Position numbers and translations under genes: made by a program
Notes under the pieces: model-generated
Told to the model about the DNA's origin: nothing
What the model saw: only the letters and a program-made list of their open reading frames with translations
Databases searched by the model: none
Source: Mobula hypostoma
Lineage: Eukaryota
NCBI RefSeq assembly: GCF_963921235.1
Contig: NC_086108.1
Coordinates: forward strand, 93,374,001-93,438,000
DNA length: 64,000 bases
Direction: 5' to 3'
Part shown: in pieces, positions 11,921-25,085 of the stretch
Layout: every line of letters starts with the position of its first letter
Position numbering within the stretch: position 1 is the stretch's first letter

Positions 11921-14467
11921 TCAAATCAAATCAAATTTCAAATTCAAGTTTAATTATCACTCAACCATACATGAATACAGCCGAATGAAACAGCATTCCA
12001 CTGGGACCAAGGTGCAAAACGTACACAGCACATTCAAAACAGTCACACAAAAAAACAGATATATAGCCCAAGTCCCTGAGCGACATGTCCTGCAAATCGA
12101 TGGTGCAGTTCCTGGCAGTGCGCTGACAAACATATGCACACAATCCAGCCTGTCATTCCAATGACCAAACACTGGAAGACAGTGCCATCAGGAGAGGCCG
12201 CCTCCCCCCCCCAACCCCCCAACCGAGCAGAAACACCACGCTAGACCCCACCTCCGGTATCTCCTCTCCTGGCCTCGACACCACGCTAGACCCACCTCCG
12301 GCAGCTCCTCTCCTGGCCTGCAGCAGCAGGCAAACCCAGGCCTTGAGGCCCAGTCCTCGCTACAAACAAGGCCACACAACGTCTTCTCACACCACCAAAC
12401 AATAGACCATAGACAATAGACAATAGGTGCAGAAGTAGACCATTCGGCCCTTCGAGCCTGCACCGCCATTCTGAAATCATGGCTGATCATCTACTATCAA
12501 TACCCGCTTCCTGCCTTGTCCCCATAACCCTTGATTCCCCTATCCATAAGATACTTATCTAGCTCCTTCTTGAAAGCATCCAGAGAATTGGCCTCCACTG
12601 CCTTCTGAGGCAGCGCGTTCCACACCTCCACAATTCTCTGGGAGAAGAAGTTCCTCCTCAACTCTGTCCTAAATGACCTACCCCTTATTCTTAAGCCATG
12701 CCCTCTGGTACTGGACTCTCCCAGCATCTGGAACATATTTCCTGCCTCTATCTTGTCCAATCCCTTAATAATCTTATATGTCTCAATCAGATCCCCCCTC
12801 AATCTCCCTAATTCCAGTGTGTACAAGCCCAGTCTCTCTAACCTCTCTGCGTAAAACAGTCTGGACATCCCAGGAATTAACCTAGTGAACCTACGCTGCA
12901 CCTCCTCCACAGCCAGGATGTCCTTCCTTAACCCTGGAGACCAAAACTGCACACAGTACTCCAGGTGTGGTCTCACCAGGGCCCTGTACAAATGCAAAAG
13001 GATTTCCTTGCTCTTGTACTCAATTCCCTTTGTAATAAAGGCCAACATTCCATTAGCCTTCTTCACTGCCTGCTGCACTTGCTCATTCGCCTTCAGAGAC
13101 TGATGAACAAGTACTCCTAGATCTCTTTGTATTTCTCCCTTACCTAACTCCACACCGTTCAGATAATAATCTGCCTTCCTGTTCTTGCTCCCAAAGTGAA
13201 TAACCTCACACTTATTCACATTAAACACCATCTGCCAAGTTTCTGCCCACTCACCCAGTCTATCCAAGTCACCTTGAATTCTCCTAACATCCTCATCACG
13301 TCACACTGCCACCCAGCTTAGTATCATCAGCAAACTTGCTGATGTTATTCACAATGCTTTCCTCAAAATCACTGACATAAATCGTAAACAGCTGTGGTCC
13401 CAATACCGAGTCCTGTGGCACCCCACTAGTCACCACCTGCCATTCCGAGAAACACCCATTCACTGCTACCCTTTGCTTTCTATTTGCCAACCAGTTTTCT
13501 ATCCATGTCAATATCCTCCCCCCAATGCCATGAGCTCTGATTTTACCCACCAATCTCCTATGTAGTACCTTATCAAATGCCTTCTGAAAGTCAAGGTACA
13601 CCACATCCACTGGATCTCCCATGTCTATCTTCCTGGTTACATCCTCGAAAAACAATAGATTAGTCAAGCATGATTTCCCCTTGGTAAATCCATGCTGGCT
13701 CAGCCCAATCCTATCACTGCTATCAAGATATGCTGCTATTTCATCTTTAATAATGGACTTCAGCATCTTCCCCACTACTGATGTTAGGCTAACAGGGCGA
13801 TAGTTCTCTGTTTTCTCCCTCGCTCCTTTCTTAAAAAGTGGGATAACATTAGCCATTCGCCAATCCTCAGGAACTGATCCTGAATCTAAGGAACATTGGA
13901 AAATGATCAACAATGCATCCGCAATTTCCAGAGCCACCTCCTTTAGTACCCTAGGATGCAGACCATCTGGACCTGGGGATTTGTTAGCCTTCAGTCCCAT
14001 CAGTCTACTCATCACCGTTTCCTTCCAAATGTCAATCTGTTTCAGTTCCTCTGTTACCCTATGTCCTTGGCCCATCCATACATCTGGGAGATTGCTTGTG
14101 TCTTCCCTAGTGAAGACAGATCCAAAGTACTTATTAAATTCGTCAAACAAGGGTAACCAGCCTGCGGCAATGTCCAACAGGGTCTTGTGATCACCTGGGA
14201 AACATCCAAGACAATCATCCACGGTTACACTGTACACAGCCTTTGGCTCCGACTCCGATGCTTTTGACACCTTCCTACAGCAGGCAGCAACACGGGCTGC
14301 AACCAGCCCAGCAGCTCACTGATCTGGTAGACCTGCAGAACCTGACGTTCATGGAGTCTAGCACTGTCTTGCGATCGTAAAAAAGACACTTAACAAAGAA
14401 AAAATGCACCTTTGGTTGGCCTGTGAGAGGCCACTGTGCTCAAACAAGCCGCCATCTTACCAGAAGT
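11921..14467 (-). mobile_element. About 800-bp non-coding retroposon-like element split by a CR1 insertion (11921-12402 plus 14144-14467)
   Basis: Minus-strand start acttctggtaagatggcggc, end ataattaaacttga(tttga)n tail; no ORF homology seen. Confidence 0.55.
12403..14143 (-). mobile_element. CR1 LINE, 5'-truncated (RT domain plus tail)
   Basis: ORFs 13296..14270 and 12497..13267 ([43 protein letters not shown]); (tctattg)n tail; candidate TSD caaacaa. Confidence 0.93.
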
Positions 14468-14479
14468 CTGGAAACTCAT

Positions 14480-14955
14480 TTTGAGAGGACTAGAGTATAA
14501 AAGCAAGGATGTAATGCTCAGGCTTTCAGGCAATGGTCAGCTCGTAATTAGAGTACTGCAAGCAGTTTTGGGCCCCTTATCTAACAATAGATGTGCTGCT
14601 ACTGGAGAGAGTCCAAAGGAAATTCATGCTGATGATTCCAGGAATGAAAGGGTTAACGTATCAGAAAGGCCTAGATAAGAGGGTCATCCATTTACAACAG
14701 AGATGAGAAGGATTTTCTTTAGTCAGAGGGCGGTGAACTTGTAGAATTCACTGCCACATCCGGCTTTGGGGGCCAAGTCATTGGGTATATTTAAAGTGGA
14801 GGTTGATAGGTTCTTGATTAGTCAAGGCATCTAAGATTACAGGGAGAAGGCAGGGGAATGGGGTTGAGAGGGGATAATAAATCAGCCACGATAGAATAGT
14901 GGAGCAGTCTCAATGGGCGAAATGGCCTAATTCTGCTCCTACATCTTATAGGCTT
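14480..14955 (+). mobile_element. Older CR1 3' fragment with internal deletion
   Basis: RGLEYKSKDVMLRL and CR1 3' UTR (aatggcctaattctgctcct). Confidence 0.75.
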
Positions 14956-15115
14956 ATGGATGCTGGCCATCGTTAGGCATAAGAGCATGCAGATTATGAT
15001 ACAATTTTTTTGAAATTGCCACAGTTGGATCCAGTATTGCTTGCCACACGATAGGAAGTGACTGAATGCACTAGACGGAGTGCAAAATAGTAAGTATGCA
15101 GCCTGAGATGATGGA

Positions 15116-18100
15116 AAGACCACAAGACAAAGGAGCAGAAGTCGGCCATTCGGCCCATCGAGTCTGCTCTGCCATTTTATCATGAGCTGATCCATTCCCC
15201 CATTTAGTCCCACTCCCCCGCCTTCTCACCATAACCTTTGATGCCCTGGCTACTCAGATACCTATCAATCTCTGCCTTAAATACACCCAATGACTTGGCC
15301 TCCACTGCCACCTGTGGCAACAAATTCCATAGATTCACCACCCTCTGACTAAAAAATTTCTTCGCATTTCTGTTCTGAATGGGCGCCCTTCAATCCTTAA
15401 GTCATGCCCTCTCGTACTAGACTCCCCCATCATGGGAAACAACTTTGCCACATCCACTCTGTCCATGCCTTTCAACATTCGAAATGTTTCTGTGAGGTCT
15501 CCCCTCATTCTTCTAAACTCCAAGGAATACAGTCCAAGAGCGGACAAACGTTCCTCATATGTTAACCCTCTCATTCCTGGAATCATTCTAGTGAATCTTC
15601 TCTGTTCCCTCTCCAACGTCAGCACATCCTTTCTTAAATAAGGAGACCAAAACTGCCCACAGTACTCCAAGTGAGGTCTCACCAGCGCCTTATAAAGCCT
15701 CAACATCACATCCCTGCTCCTATACTCTATTCCTCTAAAAATGAATGCCAACATTGCATTCGCCTTCTTCACTACTGACTCAACCTGGAAGTTAACTTTA
15801 AGGGTATCCTGTACGAGGACTCCCAAGTCCCGTTGCGTCTCAGAACTTTGAATTCTTTCCCCATTTAAATAATAGTCTGCCCGTTTATTTTTTCTGCCAA
15901 AGTGCATAACCATACACTTTCCAACATTGTACTCCATTTGCCACTTCTCTGCCCATTCTTCCAATCTATCCAAGTCTCTCTGCAGACTCTCCGTTTCCTC
16001 AGCACTACCGGCCCCTCCACCTATCTTCGTATCGTCAGCAAACTTAGCCACAAAGCCATCTATTCCATAATCCAAATCGTTGATGTACAATGTAAAAAGA
16101 AGCGGCCCCAACACGGACCCCTGTGGAAAATCACTGGTAACCGGCAGCCAACCAGAATAGGACCCCTTTATTCCCACTCTCTGTTTCCTGCCAATCAGCC
16201 AACGCTCTATCCACGTATGTAACTTTCCTGTAATTCCATGGGCTCTTAACTTGTTAAGTAGCTTCATGTGTGGCACCTTGTCAAAGGCCTTCTGAAAATC
16301 CAAATATACAACATCCACTGCATCTCCCTTGTCTAGCCTACTGGTAATTTCCTCAAAAAATTGAAATAGGTTTGTCAGGCAGGATTTTCCTTTAAAGAAT
16401 CCATGCTGAGTTCTGCCTATCTTGTCATATGCCTCCAGGTACTCTGTAACCTCATCCTTGACAATCAACTCCAACAACTTCCCAACCACCAACGTCAAGC
16501 TAACAGGTCCATAATTTCCTTTTTGCTTCCTTGCTCCCTTCTTAAATAGCGGAGTGACATCTGCAATCTTCCAGTCCTCCAGAACCATGCCAGAATCTAT
16601 CGACTTTTGAAAGATCATCGCTAATGCCTCCACAATCTCCACAGCTACTTGCTTCAGAACACGCAGGTGCATTTCATCTGGTCCAGGAGATTTATCTACC
16701 TTTAGACTATTCAGCTTCTTGAGTACTTTCTCTGTCGTAATTGTGACTGCGCACACTTCTCTTCCCTGCCACCCTTGAGTGTCCGGTATACTGCTGATGC
16801 CTTCCTCAGTGAAGACTGATGCAAAATACTCGTTCAGTTCCTCTGCCATCTCCTTATCTCCCATTACAATTTCTCCAGCATCATTTTCTATCGGTCCTAT
16901 ATCTACTCTCACCTGTCTTTTACTCTTTATATACTTGAAAAAGCTTTTAGTATCCTCTTTGATATTATTTGCTAGCTTCCTTTCATAGTTAATCTTTTCC
17001 CTCTTAATGACCTTCCTGGTTTCCTTTTGTAAGGTTTTAAAAACTTCCCAATCCTCTGTCTTCCCACTAATTTTTGCTTCCTTGTATGCCCTCTCCTTTG
17101 CTTTAACTTTGGCTTTGACTTCGCTTGTCAACCACAGTTGCATCCTTTTTCCACTCGAAAATTTCTTCTTTTTTGGAATATACCTGTCTTGCACCTTCCT
17201 CATTTCTCGCATGAACTCCAGCCACTGCTGCTCTGCTGTCTTTCCCGCCAGTGTCCCTTTCCAGTCAACTTTGACCAGTTCCTCTCTCACGCCACTGTAA
17301 TTTCCCTTACTCCACTGAAATACGGACACATCAGATTTCGGCTTCTCTTTTTCAAATTTCACAGTGAACTCAATCATGTTATGATCACTGCCTCCTAAGG
17401 GTTCCTTCACCTCAATCTCTCTAATCACCTCTGGTTCATTACACAATACCCAATGCAGTACAGCCGATCCCCTAGCGGGCTCAACAACAAGCTGTTCCAA
17501 AAAGCCATCTCGCAGACATTCTACAAATTCTTTCTCTTGAGATCCAGTGCCAACCCAATTTTCCCAATCCACTCGCATGTTAAAATCCCCCACAATTATC
17601 ATAACACTGCCCTTCTGACAAACCTTTTCTATTTCCAGTTGTAATTTGTAGTCCACATCCCTGCAGCTGTTTGGAGGCCTATAAATAACTGCCATCAGGG
17701 TCCTTTTACCCCTGCTATTTCTTAGCTCAACCCATAAAGATTCTGCACTTTCCGATCCTATATCACCTCTTTCTAATGATTTAATATCATTTCTTACCAA
17801 TAAAGCCACGCCTCCCCCTCTGCCTACCCTCCTATCCTTCCGATACACCGTGTATCCTTGGACGTTCAGCTCCCAGAGACATGCATCCTTTAGCTAGGTC
17901 TCAGTGATGGCCACAATATCATACCTGCCACTCTGTAGCTGTACAACAAGATCATCCAGCTTATTCCTTATGCTGCGTGCATTTAAGTACAACACCTTAA
18001 GACCAGTATTTGATACTTTTCGCTTTGATTTCACTGCAACTTTATTGCACTGCAACTCATCCCAATGGCTACAAATTTGCCCCATCACCTGCCTGTCTTT

Positions 18101-19000
18101 CCTGACATCTTTACTGCTCACTATCTTAGATTTATTTCTGTTTTCCCCTTCCTCCACTCTGTCATTCCAGTTCCCATCCCCCTGCCAAATTAGTTTAAAC
18201 CCTCCCTAACAGCTCTATTAAACTTTCCCACCAGGATATCGGTCCCCTTTGGGTTCAGGTGTAACCTGTCCTTTTTGAACAGGTCATACTTCCCCCAGAA
18301 GAGATCCCAATTATCCAAGAATCTGAAGCCCTGCCCCCTACACCAGTCTCTCAGCTACGCATTCATCTGCCTGATCCGACTATTGTTGCCCTCGCTAGCA
18401 CGTGGCACAGGTAGCAATCCTGAGGTTACAGATGCCCTGCTTCTCAGCTTCCTTCCTAACTCCTGGAAATCTCTCTTCAGGACCTCCTCCTTTGTCCTAT
18501 CTATGTCACTGGTACCAACATGTACCAAGTCAACTGGCTGCTCACCCTCCCCCTTCAGAATATTCAGGACCTGATCCGAGACATCCCGTACCCTGGCACC
18601 TGGGAGGCAACACACCATGCGGGTATCTCTATCAGGCTCACAGAATCTCCTGTCCGTTCCCCTGACTATGGAATCCCCTATGACTACCGCATTCCTCTTC
18701 TCCCTCCTTCCCTCCTGCGCAACAGCGCCAGGCTCAGTGCCAGAGACCCAGTCACCGTGGGCGTCCCCTGTCAGGTCATCCCCCTCAACAGCATCCAGAA
18801 CAAGATATTTGTTGCTGAGGGGCACAGCCACAGGTGTGCCCTCCACTATCCGGGCATTTTCCTTCCCTCTCCTGACAGTGACCCAGTTTTCTGACCCCTG
18901 TAGCCTAGGGATGACTACCTCCCTGTAGTCTGAATAGACTGATTTGCTTTCCTTGGAGCAGAGGAAGCTGAGGGAACATAGAACTTCAAACGGTACAACA
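15116..19000 (-). mobile_element. Near full-length CR1 LINE: ORF1 SGNH esterase plus ORF2 APE endonuclease-RT, few disabling lesions
   Basis: ORF1 VVIGDSIVRG..CLPGARV..VHVGTSD; ORF2 KVLYLNARSIRNK..ITET, 837-aa stretch 15335..17848 with VGDFN, SDHN, FADD; stop at about 17894 and frameshift near 15340. Confidence 0.95.
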
Positions 19001-19710
19001 CAGGAACAGGCTCCAGCCAATGAAGCCTGTGCTGACCGTGATGTCACATTCATAAGATATGACTTCCTCTGCATAAAGCCATGCTGACTATTTTTAATTA
19101 GTCGGTGCCTTTTCAGCTGTGAGTAGATCCTATCCGGAATAATCTTCCTTACTATTGATGCAAGGCTCACCAACCTACAATTTCCTGTTTTGTCTCTATC
19201 GCCCTTCTTAAACAGATGAACAGCAGTGGCTATTCTCCAGTCCTCTGGGACACTGTCTAGATACAAAATATTTTCAAAGATTCAGTAATCTCCTCTGTTA
19301 CCTCTCTCAATAAACCAGAGTATATCCCTGGGAAGTCCTAACAGACCTATACAAAATGTCGAGGGACACAGGCAAGTGTTAAGGAGAAACTTTCCCCCTA
19401 GAGGTGTAAAAATCTGGAGTGCAATGCCTGAGGTGGCACTGGAAACAGGTACTCTAAAAATCGTTTGAAAGATACTTTCTATGGCGTTTGAATCTCTAAG
19501 GCATTTAAGGCTATGGGTGGTGCTGGGAAATGGGATTAGCACAGATGTGCACTTGATAGTCATTGTTGACTAGGTGGGCTGAAGAGTCTTATTCCTTGTT
19601 GAATGACTCAATAAAATGGACTAAGATTAAGACATTAAAAGAACACAAAGACTTAGGGAGGTATTGTAATTTATTCATGAAAGTAGCAAATAGGTTACAG
19701 ACTGACTTGG

Positions 19711-22082
19711 ACATAGAAACATAGAAAATAGGTGCAGGAGTAGGCCATTCGGCCCTTCGAGCCTGCACCGCCATTCAGTATGATCATGGCTGATCATCCA
19801 ACTCAGAACCCTGTACCAGCCTTCCCCCCATACCCCCTGATCCCTTTAGCCACAAGGGCCATATCTAACTCCCTCTTAAATATAGCCAATGAACTGGCCT
19901 CAACTGCTTCCTGTGGCAGAGAATTCCACAGATTCACCACTCTCTGTGTGAAGAAGTTTTTCCTCATCTCGGTCCTAAAAGGCTTCCCCTTTATCCTCAA
20001 ACTGTGACCCCTCGTTCTGGACTTCCCCAACATCGGGAACAATCTTCCTGCATCTAGCCTGTCCAATCCCTTTAGGATTTTATATGTTTCAATAAGATCC
20101 CCCCTCAATCTTCTAAATTCCAACAAGTATAAGCCCAGTCGATCCAGTCTTTCATCATATGAAAGTCCTGCCATCCCAGGAATCAACCTGGTGAACCTTC
20201 TTTGTAGTCCCTCTATGGCAAGGATGTCTTTCCTCAGATTAGGGGACCAAAACTGCACACAATACTCCAGGTGTGGTCTCACCAAGGCCTCGTACAACTG
20301 CAGTAGTACCTCCCTGCTCCTGTACTCGAATCCTCTTGCTATGAATGCCAGCATACCATTCACCTTTTTCACCACCTGCTGTACCTGCATGCCCACTTTC
20401 AATGACTGGTGTATAATGACACCCAGGTCTCATTGCACCTCCCCTTTTCCTAATCGGCCACCATTCAGATAATAATCTGTTTTCCTGTTTTTGCCACCAA
20501 AGTGGATAACCTCACATTTATCCACATTAAATTGCATCTGCCATGAATTTGCCCACTCACCTAACCTATCCAAGTCACCCTGCATTCACTTAGCATCCTC
20601 CTAACAGCTAACACTGCCGCCTAGCTTCGTGTCATCTACAAACTTGGAGATGCTGCATTTAATTCCCTCATCTAAGTCATTAATATATATTGTAAACAAC
20701 TGGGGTCCCAGCACTGAGCCTTGCGGTACCCCACTAGTCACTGCCTGCCATTCTGAAAAAGTCCCATTTATTCCCACTCTTTGCTTCCTGTCTGCCAACC
20801 AATTCTCTATCCACATCAATACCTTACCCCCAATACCGTGTGCTTTAAGTTTGCACACTAATCTCCTGTGTGGGACCTTGTCAAAAGCCTTTTGAAAATC
20901 CAAATATACCACATCCACTGGTTCTCCCCTATCCATCCTACTAGTTACATCCTCAAAAAATTCTATGAGATTCATCAGACATGATTTTCCTTTCACAAAT
21001 CCATGCTGACTTTGTCTGATGATTTCACCGCTTTCCAAATGTGCTGTTATCACATCTTTGATAACTGACTCTAGCATTTTCCCCACCACCGATGTCAGGC
21101 TAACCGGTCTATAATTCCCCAGTTTCTCTCTCCCTCCTTTTTTAAAGTGGGGTTACATTAGCCACCCTCCAATCCTCAGGAATCTAAAGAGTTTTGAAAA
21201 ATTATCACTAATGCATCCACTATTTCTTGGGCTACTTCCTTAAGCACTCTGGGATGCAGACCATCTGGCCCTGGGGATTTATCTGCCTTTAATCCCTTCA
21301 ATTTACCTAACACCACTTCCCTACTAACATGTATTTCTCTCAGTTCCTCCATCTCACTGGACCCTCTGTCCCCTACTATTTCCGGAAGATTATTTATGTC
21401 CTCCTTAGTGAAGACAGAACCAAAGTAGTTATTCAATTGGTCTGCCATGTCCTTGCTCCCCTTAATCAATTCACCTGTTTCTGTCTGTAGGGGACCTACA
21501 TTTGTCTTAACCAATCTTTTTCTTTTCACATATCTATAAAAGCTTTTACAGTCAGTTTTTATGTTCCCTGCCAGTTTTCTCTCATAGTCTTTTTTCCCCT
21601 TCCTAATTAAGCCCTTTGTCCTCCTCTGCTGGACTCTGAATTTCTCCCAGTCCTCAGGTGAGCCACTTTCTCTGGCTAATTTGTATGCTTCTTCTTTGGA
21701 ATTGATACTATCCCTAATTTTCCTTGTCAGCCACGGGTGCACTACCTTCCTTGATTTATTCTTTTGCCAAACTGGGATGAACAATTGTTGTAGTTCATCC
21801 ATGCGATCTTTAAATGCTTGCCATTGCATATCCACCGTCAACCCTTTAAGTGTCATTTGCCAGTCTATCTTGGCTAATTCACGTCTCATACCTTCAAAGT
21901 TACCCTTCTTTAAGTTCAGAACCTTTGTTTCTGAATTAACTATGTCACTCTCCATCTTAATAAAGAATTCCACCATATTATAGTCACTCTTACCCAAGGG
22001 GCCTCTCACGACAAGATTCCTAATTAACCCTTCCCCATTGCTCAATACCCAGTCTAGAAGAGCCTGCTCTCTAGTTGGTTCC
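19711..22082 (-). mobile_element. CR1 LINE, 5'-truncated (end of EN, RT, tail)
   Basis: ORFs 21176..22045, 20601..21089, 19803..20402; (tttctatg)n tail. Confidence 0.93.
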
Positions 22083-22452
22083 TGGGCAGATTACATCAGT
22101 AACAGATGGAAATGAATGTGAAGTATTAGGTGATAATAGTCTGGATTCAAGGAAAACAAACAGAAATATTTCTTAAATGTGTGGAATGGAAAATCCAGAT
22201 GAAGTAAAGGAATTGATTATCTATGTAAAAAAATTTAAAATCTAATAGACACATAGGCTACCAAAACATTGAGCATCATTTCAAGAGAGCTAGCGTAACA
22301 TCAAGAAACTGATTCTTTCCTTGTATAGAGCTCAATCTGATGGACCCTGTTCAGTTATGATATTGAAGAGCTTGGAAGGGAAACAGCCCAAATTCATCAG
22401 AATGATACTTCTGTGTTACAAAGAGGATAAAGCTATATATTACATATACATA

Positions 22453-24027
22453 CAGTGGCATGCAAAAGTTTGGGCACCCCGGTCAAAATTTCTGTTACTG
22501 TGAATAGCTATGCGAGTAAGATTAACTGATTTCCAAAAGGCATAAAGTTAAAGGTGACACATTTCTTCCAATATTCTTCAATAAGCAAGAAAACTTTTTT
22601 TATTTCCATCTTTTACAGTTTCAAAATAACAAAAAGTAAAAGGGCCCCAAGCAAAAGTTTGGGCACCCTGCATGGCAGTACTTAGTAACATCCCCTTTGG
22701 CAAGTATCACAGCTTGTAAACGCTTTTTGTAGCCAGCAAAGAGTCTTTCAATTCTTGTTTGGGGGATTTTCGCCCATTTTTCCTTGCAAAAGGATTCTAG
22801 TTCTGAGAGATTCTTGGGCCATCTTGCATGCACTGCTCTTTTGAGGTCTATCCACAGATTCTCGATGATGTTTAGGTCGAGGGACTGTGAGGACCATTGC
22901 AAAACCTTCAGCTTGCACCTCTTGAGGTAGGTCATTGTGGATTTTGAGGTCTGTTTAGGTTCATTATCCTGTTGTAGAAACCATCCTCTTTTCATCTTTG
23001 GCTTTTTTTTTACAGTGTGATGTTTGCTTCCAGAATTTGCTGGTATTTGATTGAATTCATTCTTCCCTCTACCAATATATGTTCCCCATGCCACTGGTTG
23101 GAGAGGGGTTCTTTTCATGAAATTCTGCACCCTTTTTTCTCCAAACATACCTTTGCTCATTGCGGCCAAAAAGTTCTATTCAAAAGGTTCAAAGGATCAT
23201 CTAAACAAGCCTGATGCATTTTGGAAACAAGTCCTGTGGACTGATGAAGTTAAAATAGAACCTGTTGGCCTCAATGAGCAAAGGTATGTTTGGAGAAAAA
23301 AGGGTGCAGAATTTCATGAAAAGAACCCCTCTCCAACTGTTAAGCACGGGGGTGGATCGATCATGCTTTGGGCTTGTGTTGCAGCCAGTGGCATGGGGAA
23401 CATTTACTGGTAGAGGAAAGAATGAATTCAATTAAATACCAGCAAATTCTGGAAGCAAACATCACACTGTCTGTAAGAAAGCCGAAGATGAAAAGAGGAT
23501 GGCTTCTACAACAGGATAATGATCCTAAACAGACCTCAAAATCCACAATGGACTACCTCAAGAGGTGCAAGCTGAAGGTTTTGCCATGGCCCTCACAGTC
23601 CCCCGACCTAAACATCATCGAGAATCTGTGGATAGACCTCAAAAGAGCAGTGCATGCAAGACAGCCCAAGAATCTCACAGAGCTAGACGCCTTTTGCAAG
23701 GAAGAATGGGCGAAAATCCCCCAAACAAGAATTGAAAGACTCTTTGCTGGCTACAAAAAGCACTTACAAGCTATGATACTTGCCAAAGGGGGTGTTACTA
23801 AGTACTGACCATGCAGGGTGCCCAAACTTTTGATTCAAGCCCTTTTACTTTTTTGTTATTTTGAAACCGTAAAAGATGGAAATAAAAAACTTTTCTTGCT
23901 TAAAATATTAAAGAAATGTGTCATCTTTAACTTTATGCCTTTCGGATATCAGTTCACCTTTTACTCCCTTAGGTATTTACAGTAACAGAAATTTTGACCT
24001 GGATGCCCAAACTTTTGCATGCCACTA
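22453..24027. mobile_element. Palindromic IR/DR-type Tc1 (DD34E) element built from two 3' halves
   Basis: TA-flanked TIR CAGTGGCATGCAAAAGTTTGGGCA; VLWTDE, QQDNDPK, SPDLNIIENLW on + and a mirror copy of the latter two on -. Confidence 0.93.
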
Positions 24028-24276
24028 TAAACAGGCTATTGCTCACCATGGGATCTGAATTGATATGTTACTATCTCAAGATATTGACTGACCTACTTCC
24101 AAAAAGTGGATTTTCCAATATGCTGTCACTGAACAATTGCATTCTCAGATTATTACATATACACTTCCTCTGAAAATGTAAAACAACATACCAATTTCAA
24201 TTTCGAATTAAAAGTCATTCAATGGAAAAGACACAGAAATAAGATTTATACATCTAGCTAGAAACACTGATCTTAC

Positions 24277-24368
24277 CCAGATAGTCTTGTCATCTCACGA
24301 CCAGCCAGCACAATTCTCCCAAGAGCCTGAGACATTCTGAGTAACATCCGACCACTTTGATAGTAATC
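24277..24368 (-). CDS. ABCD3: ABCD3 exon 13 equivalent (92 nt)
   Basis: DYYQSGRMLLRMSQALGRIVLAGREMTRLSG; AG/GT flanks. Confidence 0.96.
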
Positions 24369-24490
24369 CTAGGAAGAAGGCAGACTCGATTTTACCAGAA
24401 TGAATAAAAACTATTTTTATGTCCTTTTTTCGAGCAATAAACCATCTTTTCTGGCTTTATCGACAATTGGGAAATCTAAACTACAATTAC

Positions 24491-24588
24491 CTCCAGTAGT
24501 TCCGCATGGCTGCTTTTCTGATGGCGAGAATGTGACAGATTCAAGAAAGGTCGACTTACTACTAGATAACCCACGACAGTAGCAAGAT
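24491..24588 (-). CDS. ABCD3: ABCD3 exon 12 equivalent (98 nt)
   Basis: (Y)LATVVGYLVVSRPFLNLSHSRHQKSSHAELLE, also in ORF 24476..24670; AG/GT flanks. Confidence 0.96.
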
Positions 24589-25085
24589 CTATATTAAAAA
24601 AAAGGAAACAAACCACTTTATAAAATCCAGTCAATACTTCAATAGTTTGTAAACATATTTGATTAACCAACTAAGATGATAAGAAAATCCAACAATAATT
24701 CAAAAACGAACATCTTACATACTAACATCTTCATTCCTGGTTTACATACATGCCTTAAAAGAAACCCAAAAAAGGACAACCACGATTAAAGACTGGCAGC
24801 AAAGCTTTGTTAGGGGAGATCACGTCTGATTAATTTGATTGAATTTTTTGAAGAATATTGATGAGGGTACTATTATTGATGCTGATTTCCAGAGACTTCA
24901 ATAGGCTTTGATAAAGCATCCACATGGTTAGATCCCTAGAGATTCAAGGCAATTTGACAAACTGGATCCAAAATTGGTATTATAATAGGACGTGTGGGGT
25001 GATGACGGGGAGTTCTTTTTAAGATCAGAAGCTGGTGACCAGTGGTGTACATATGGATCAATATTGGGATCTTTGTTGTTATATA

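Noticed and set aside
18355..19266. 303-aa ORF as an RT-esterase fusion protein
   Set aside because: Chance read-through from an old CR1 RT fragment into the adjacent CR1 ORF1
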